Positions 27,087 through 30,979 of a DNA stretch of 30,979 nt are shown piece by piece. Numbering within the stretch: the stretch's first letter is position 1; every line of letters starts with the position of its first letter. The notes beneath the pieces are model-generated. The model was not told the origin of the DNA. It did no database searches and saw nothing but the letters and a program-made list of their open reading frames with translations. The stretch lies in IMG/VR virus record IMGVR_UViG_644736365_000004; one strand, given 5' to 3'. A program made the translations under genes and the position numbers. Source of the stretch: a virus (lineage: Duplodnaviria; Heunggongvirae; Uroviricota; Caudoviricetes).

Positions 27087-28789
27087 TGATGAAACCAGTT
27101 AAACGCCTGTACCTTTCAACGGATGAAGTTCACCTGGCTGATGCCAGCCTGGTGCTGGAGCTGAACAGCTGCGGCCGGGGATTTATCACCGCACAGACTG
27201 ACGCGGATTACACCGGGAAACTGGTGCGACTGGATGTGGGATATTCCGATCTGCTTTTGCGATGGTTTACCGGCTACGTGGAACGCTCGCAACCAGCCGA
27301 AAACGGTTTTCAGCGTCTGTTTGTGCGCGAGCTGGTCGGCGTATTTGAAAGGATGTGGCCATGTTCATTTCAGCATCCCACTTTGCGCAAGATAGCCAGC
27401 TGGCTGGAGGAAAACAGCGGAATTGTTGTCAGTGTGCCGGATGCCCCCTACAGCGATATGCCGATCCCCCATTTCACCCATAACGGCACGGGTTATCAGT
27501 TGCTGAATAATCTGGGCAGAGCATTCAGTATTCAGGATTACATCTGGTACCAGTTGCCGGATGGTTCCCTGTATGTGGGCGGTGCGGAAAAAGCGATGTT
27601 TGCCGGTCGTCCGGTCGATATCCCGGCAGAGTTCAGCCAGGGTGCTGCTGGCGGTAATTCCATGACGCTGCCGGTGATCCAGAGTCTGCGGCCGGGAGTG
27701 GAGCTGAATGGGGAGCGTGTGACCAAAGTTCATCTGACCAATGACACAATGGCCGTCACCTGGACACCCAGAAACCGCGCAACAGGTCAGCCATTACAGA
27801 AAACACCTGCACAGCGCCAGATTGAGAGCCATTACCCGGAACTGGCTTCCGGGCTGCATCTGCCAAAACTGGCCAGAGTGGTGGCACCCAGTGAGGCTGT
27901 GAAAAGTGGTAATTTTGCCGATCCGTTCCGGCCGCGCTATGCCGTTGATGTGCAGCTGCTTGATGCAGATGGCAACCCGGACAACCAGACACCGGTTTAT
28001 TCTGCGGTGCCGCTGCCGGTACCTATGGCCGGGAATGACTCTGGCATGTTCCAGTTCCCGCCAGAAGGGACGCTGGTTGAAGTGGCATTTACCGGAGGTC
28101 GCCCGGATAAACCGTTTATCAGGCAGACACTGCCGGATGGTACCAGCCTGCCGGATGTTAAACCCGGTGAGCAGCTGCAACAGCAGCGGGCGGAAGTGTC
28201 GCAACGCGTTACCCAGGCTGGCGACTGGGTGAGGCAGACCGATCAGACCATCAGCGAAACATCGATGGCGCGGACGATCAAAGCCGATACGGAACAGCGC
28301 GAGCTGGTCAGCCGTGAAACAACGGTTAAAGCTACGGATAAGACCACGGTTCTGGGTACCTCCACCCTGATGGCCGGAGCCATCCAGCAGGTCAGTGCCG
28401 GTGATTATAGCCAGGCCGTGAAATGCAACAGGCTGGCCAGCATTGAGGGGAATGACGAAGCCGATATAACTGGCAAACAATCCACGAAAGTGGCCGGTGC
28501 CGTGGATGTTGATGTGGGGGGAGTCCTGACAGAAAAGATTGCCGCATTGCGTAAATCGGTGGCGGCGGGCGGCCAGCAGATTATGGGGCCAACCGTCCAT
28601 ATTGGCAGTGAGAGCGTCAACACCCTGACCATGATGCTGGACACCATTGATTTGCTGGCAGAGCTGGCGCGGCAATGTGCGAGCCATTCACACCCCAGCG
28701 TTGGTACGCCAACCAATGCCGAAGCATTTACCCAGACAGCAGAGAAGGCCGGACAGACCCGGAGTAAGTACCAGAAAATAATCGCCTGA
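27086..28789 (+). CDS. putative baseplate hub-spike protein (VgrG-like, gpD/gpV-type fusion)
   Basis: 567-aa last gene of the late operon. Internal motif GTLVEVAFTGGRPDKPFI resembles the gp5/gpV/VgrG OB-fold signature (VxVxFxxGDxxxPxI), followed by ~220 aa of Gly/Thr/Val-rich sequence. Confidence 0.5.
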   Translation: MMKPVKRLYLSTDEVHLADASLVLELNSCGRGFITAQTDADYTGKLVRLDVGYSDLLLRWFTGYVERSQPAENGFQRLFVRELVGVFERMWPCSFQHPTLRKIASWLEENSGIVVSVPDAPYSDMPIPHFTHNGTGYQLLNNLGRAFSIQDYIWYQLPDGSLYVGGAEKAMFAGRPVDIPAEFSQGAAGGNSMTLPVIQSLRPGVELNGERVTKVHLTNDTMAVTWTPRNRATGQPLQKTPAQRQIESHYPELASGLHLPKLARVVAPSEAVKSGNFADPFRPRYAVDVQLLDADGNPDNQTPVYSAVPLPVPMAGNDSGMFQFPPEGTLVEVAFTGGRPDKPFIRQTLPDGTSLPDVKPGEQLQQQRAEVSQRVTQAGDWVRQTDQTISETSMARTIKADTEQRELVSRETTVKATDKTTVLGTSTLMAGAIQQVSAGDYSQAVKCNRLASIEGNDEADITGKQSTKVAGAVDVDVGGVLTEKIAALRKSVAAGGQQIMGPTVHIGSESVNTLTMMLDTIDLLAELARQCASHSHPSVGTPTNAEAFTQTAEKAGQTRSKYQKIIA

Positions 28790-28800
28790 TCATCCCATTA

Positions 28801-28825
28801 GCCCGCGCGTAATGCGGGTTTTTTT
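28801..28825 (+). terminator. Rho-independent terminator ending the late operon
   Basis: Stem CCCGC (28802-28806) / GCGGG (28814-28818) with a 7-nt loop, followed by a run of 7 T (28819-28825), 12 nt after the hub-spike stop. Confidence 0.6.
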
Positions 28826-29333
28826 GTACCCATTCCCAGACCTCACCAGACGCATTCTAAGCGCTTCTTTTATCTGACCACTACCGCGCAACACCACAAA
28901 AGGATCTGTGCTGTCACGTTACGCTGACGGCGTTACACGCTGACGAAATAAATCTTTCGCAGACAAAAACGGCACTACACCGCACCCGCCTGCGGTTTCT
29001 GGATCGATAAAATTTTTCATTTTTCTTTTTCTTCAAACAACCAACCCAGACAGCGCCATTACTGGGGGATTAGCGGCTAACGTGAACTGAAAAGATTGAA
29101 AAGAATTTCAGTATTTTTCAGTGGAAAGGATCGATGGCGGGAATGATGAAATTACTAACATGTTGATATTTAATTAGTAATTTAGTTTTATGCGGGAGGG
29201 GGAGGATCCTTTCGTGCTGAATGGTTCTGAGAACATAAAGCCCGTGAAGATAGGAACTACGCGGGCTGTACATACTTTGTGTGTGATTTCAAAACTGAAA
29301 TTTATCAGCTGTGGCATCAGCAACTAGTTTTAA

Positions 29334-29504
29334 CTAACGTTTTTTAGGTGGTGGAGCAATATGTTGGGTTTGTTGGGTCTGGCGTGGTGGTTGGTAGCCA
29401 TTGTTTTGTTGGTCTGGCCTGCTTGTAGGCTGGTAACCTTTTTCTACAGGTTGCCAACCATCGTGGATAGTTCTTGGATTGTTAGCCGGTTTATCTTCAA
29501 CCAT
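29334..29504 (-). CDS. hypothetical small Pro/Gln-rich protein
   Basis: 56 aa from the ATG at 29502-29504, which overlaps the stop of the upstream membrane-protein ORF (AATGGTTGA). Contains repeated G[WY]QP motifs. Low complexity, so coding status is uncertain. Confidence 0.3.
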   Translation of the reverse strand: MVEDKPANNPRTIHDGWQPVEKGYQPTSRPDQQNNGYQPPRQTQQTQHIAPPPKKR

Positions 29505-30135
29505 TTTCTGCCTCACCTTTGTTAGGATTACTATTATGTACTTTAATAAATTCAACACTTTCTATTTCATTAGTCAATATAATTATCCCTAATGTATCGG
29601 TTAGTTCGTGATCGAAATCACTATTGTCATCTAGTGCCCAATGTTTTTCTAGATATATTTGCTCCGGTTCGGGACTACTTGACGCAAATGAAGCACTACC
29701 ATAATAGCCACCATATTTTTTACCATTCTTAAGTGTGACCAGCACCCAGCAGCATTGTCTGGTTGAAAAGAAGTAGTCCCATGAACGCCCAATAGGGTGA
29801 GGTAGGAAACGTTTGACCATTTCACAGTTTCGAATGAATATTAAAAATATAGGTAGTAGTACAGGGATAACTATTAATACACAGAAATAAAATAAATAAT
29901 AAAGGATTGGGTTAGTAAGGAATATATCATTATCTTCAATTAGATATATTGGTATTAATAGAAAAGAATAATTTATACAGCTATAAGAAACTACATCTAT
30001 CAGAATTTTTGAAGTGTCAGAATCCGCAGATGGGTGAAAGAGCCTGTAAACTCTCATGCTAATAAAGCCGGGCATGATGAAAAGCACAAATAACAGTAGT
30101 TTACCCTTTTCTAGTATGTCCATTTTTATATCCAT
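29497..30135 (-). CDS. hypothetical polytopic membrane protein
   Basis: 212-aa ORF in very AT-rich sequence. About three N-terminal TM helices (LLLFVLFIMPGFI, SFLLIPIYLI, LFYFCVLIVIPVLLPIFLIFI) and a ~110-aa soluble C-terminal domain. Confidence 0.5.
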   Translation of the reverse strand: MDIKMDILEKGKLLLFVLFIMPGFISMRVYRLFHPSADSDTSKILIDVVSYSCINYSFLLIPIYLIEDNDIFLTNPILYYLFYFCVLIVIPVLLPIFLIFIRNCEMVKRFLPHPIGRSWDYFFSTRQCCWVLVTLKNGKKYGGYYGSASFASSSPEPEQIYLEKHWALDDNSDFDHELTDTLGIIILTNEIESVEFIKVHNSNPNKGEAENG

Positions 30136-30180
30136 GAAATAAATATTTAAGCCGAATTAATTATAATTCGGCAATTAAAA

Positions 30181-30438
30181 TTAGAAATCTTCAATATCGA
30201 ATGAGTTAATGTCAGCAGGTTTAGCCTGGGGACGTTTACCCACGAGATTTTCTGTTTCTCTGAAAAGGACATCTTCTGCCCCACCTCTTTCGCGGTGAGA
30301 ATCCTCTTTGATGTAAAGACGTTCTTGCTGCATACGAAGAATCGTTCTTTCAATTAGCTCATACAAATCGCATCCTGAGTGATTTAACTCTGTTAATAAT
30401 GCCTTGAGGGCAAGCTCAGTTTGGTATCTGGTAGCCAT
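30181..30438 (-). CDS. hypothetical small soluble protein with acidic C-terminal tail
   Basis: 85 aa from the ATG at 30436-30438 (track start is TTG two codons upstream), with AAGGA upstream. Predicted helical N-terminus; ends ...ADINSFDIEDF. Confidence 0.45.
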   Translation of the reverse strand: MATRYQTELALKALLTELNHSGCDLYELIERTILRMQQERLYIKEDSHRERGGAEDVLFRETENLVGKRPQAKPADINSFDIEDF

Positions 30439-30481
30439 TTGCAAATATCCTTAAGTGAAGGTTAATCTGGCTGCGAAATTG

Positions 30482-30979
30482 CTACAGCTTTCCTTCCGAA
30501 ATCTTGAAGTCCACAACTTCTTTAGTTTTCAGATCAAGCGTGCAAGCATAAGTCATGGTCATTTTGGCATTGAAGCCATTGGTGAATTTGACCTTATCAC
30601 CGATGAAAGTTAACTGGTTCTTTTTGCTATCAATTCGGCCATGTGAAAACATAGGGTCTAACATCCCATCAGTCCATTCAAATTCATATTTTGCCGAACG
30701 CTCAACCAATGGTTTGCATTTGGTCACCGCATCGATCAGGTTCTTATCAAAGTTGCACTGAGTGTCTGTGTTAGAGCATACCTTCGTGGCCTCAGCTGCT
30801 TTATCGTCGTCGCTATTGCCAACGAAGTACATGACTATCCCGACAATAATAATCAGTATCAGACAGCCGCTAAGTTTCTGTTTAGCACCAAAGCCCGGAT
30901 CTTTAACGCCGCAGTGAGGGCAGGTCTTTGCAGAGGTTGATACTTCTTTTTTGCATTCTTTGCATTTAGTGAGTGCCAT
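30482..30979 (-). CDS. hypothetical zinc-ribbon membrane protein
   Basis: 165-aa ORF. N-terminal zinc ribbon C-x2-C-x10-C-x2-C (CKECKKEVSTSAKTCPHCG), one TM helix (LILIIIVGIVMYFVG), and a Cys-containing ~115-aa C-terminal domain. Its ATG is the last 3 nt of the window, so the N-terminus and promoter may be cut off. Confidence 0.5.
   Translation of the reverse strand: MALTKCKECKKEVSTSAKTCPHCGVKDPGFGAKQKLSGCLILIIIVGIVMYFVGNSDDDKAAEATKVCSNTDTQCNFDKNLIDAVTKCKPLVERSAKYEFEWTDGMLDPMFSHGRIDSKKNQLTFIGDKVKFTNGFNAKMTMTYACTLDLKTKEVVDFKISEGKL

Larger units (their letters stand above)
1182..28825. mobile_element. P2/186-like temperate myovirus prophage (minimum extent; attachment sites not identified)
   Basis: Contiguous integrase, repressor switch, gpA replicase, P2-type head genes, complete tail and lysis modules, and a terminal terminator. 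Flanking sequence on both sides is visibly more AT-rich. Confidence 0.75.

Noticed and set aside
27794-28687. 297-aa minus-strand ORF in the six-frame track
   Set aside because: It lies entirely antisense within the well-supported hub-spike gene in GC-rich sequence, where long spurious open frames are expected. No RBS or independent support.
28913-29020. 35-aa minus-strand ORF in the right intergenic region (MKNFIDPETAGG...)
   Set aside because: Too short, no clear RBS, and not part of an operon. More likely non-coding junction sequence.
1-30979. CRISPR arrays and tRNA/tmRNA genes at the prophage borders
   Set aside because: No regularly spaced direct repeats with unique spacers and no tRNA-like sequence (for example a T-loop GTTCGAATC-type motif with acceptor pairing) were seen in either flank. 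A tRNAscan/Infernal run would be needed to exclude them formally.

Overview
Most of this window is one temperate myovirus prophage of the P2/186 (peduovirus-like) lineage, running from the integrase (1182-2237, minus) to a Rho-independent terminator at about 28801-28825. All calls come from reading the ORF track and sequence (motifs, synteny, start/stop coupling); no database search or computation was run. Module order: int, CI-type repressor, divergent Apl/Cox-like and CII-like regulators; an early region of small unknown ORFs with an orphan Dam-type methyltransferase and a gpA-type replication initiator; a LexA-box-controlled Tum-like ORF converging on an Ogr/Delta-type zinc-finger gene; P2-type head genes (portal and terminase leftward; scaffold, capsid, small terminase, head completion rightward); then a ~14 kb translationally coupled late operon with tail completion, putative sheath and tube, an embedded lysis cassette (holin, M15 endolysin, overlapped Rz/Rz1), a frameshifting tail chaperone, tape measure, baseplate proteins, tail fiber plus Tfa, two unknown ORFs and a VgrG-like hub-spike. 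Both flanks are AT-rich. The best candidates for an undescribed system are the right-flank four-gene minus-strand operon (29334-30979) and the single membrane-protein cassette next to int (580-1161), which sits between two imperfect copies of the integrase 3' end. Attachment sites and cos could not be located by eye.
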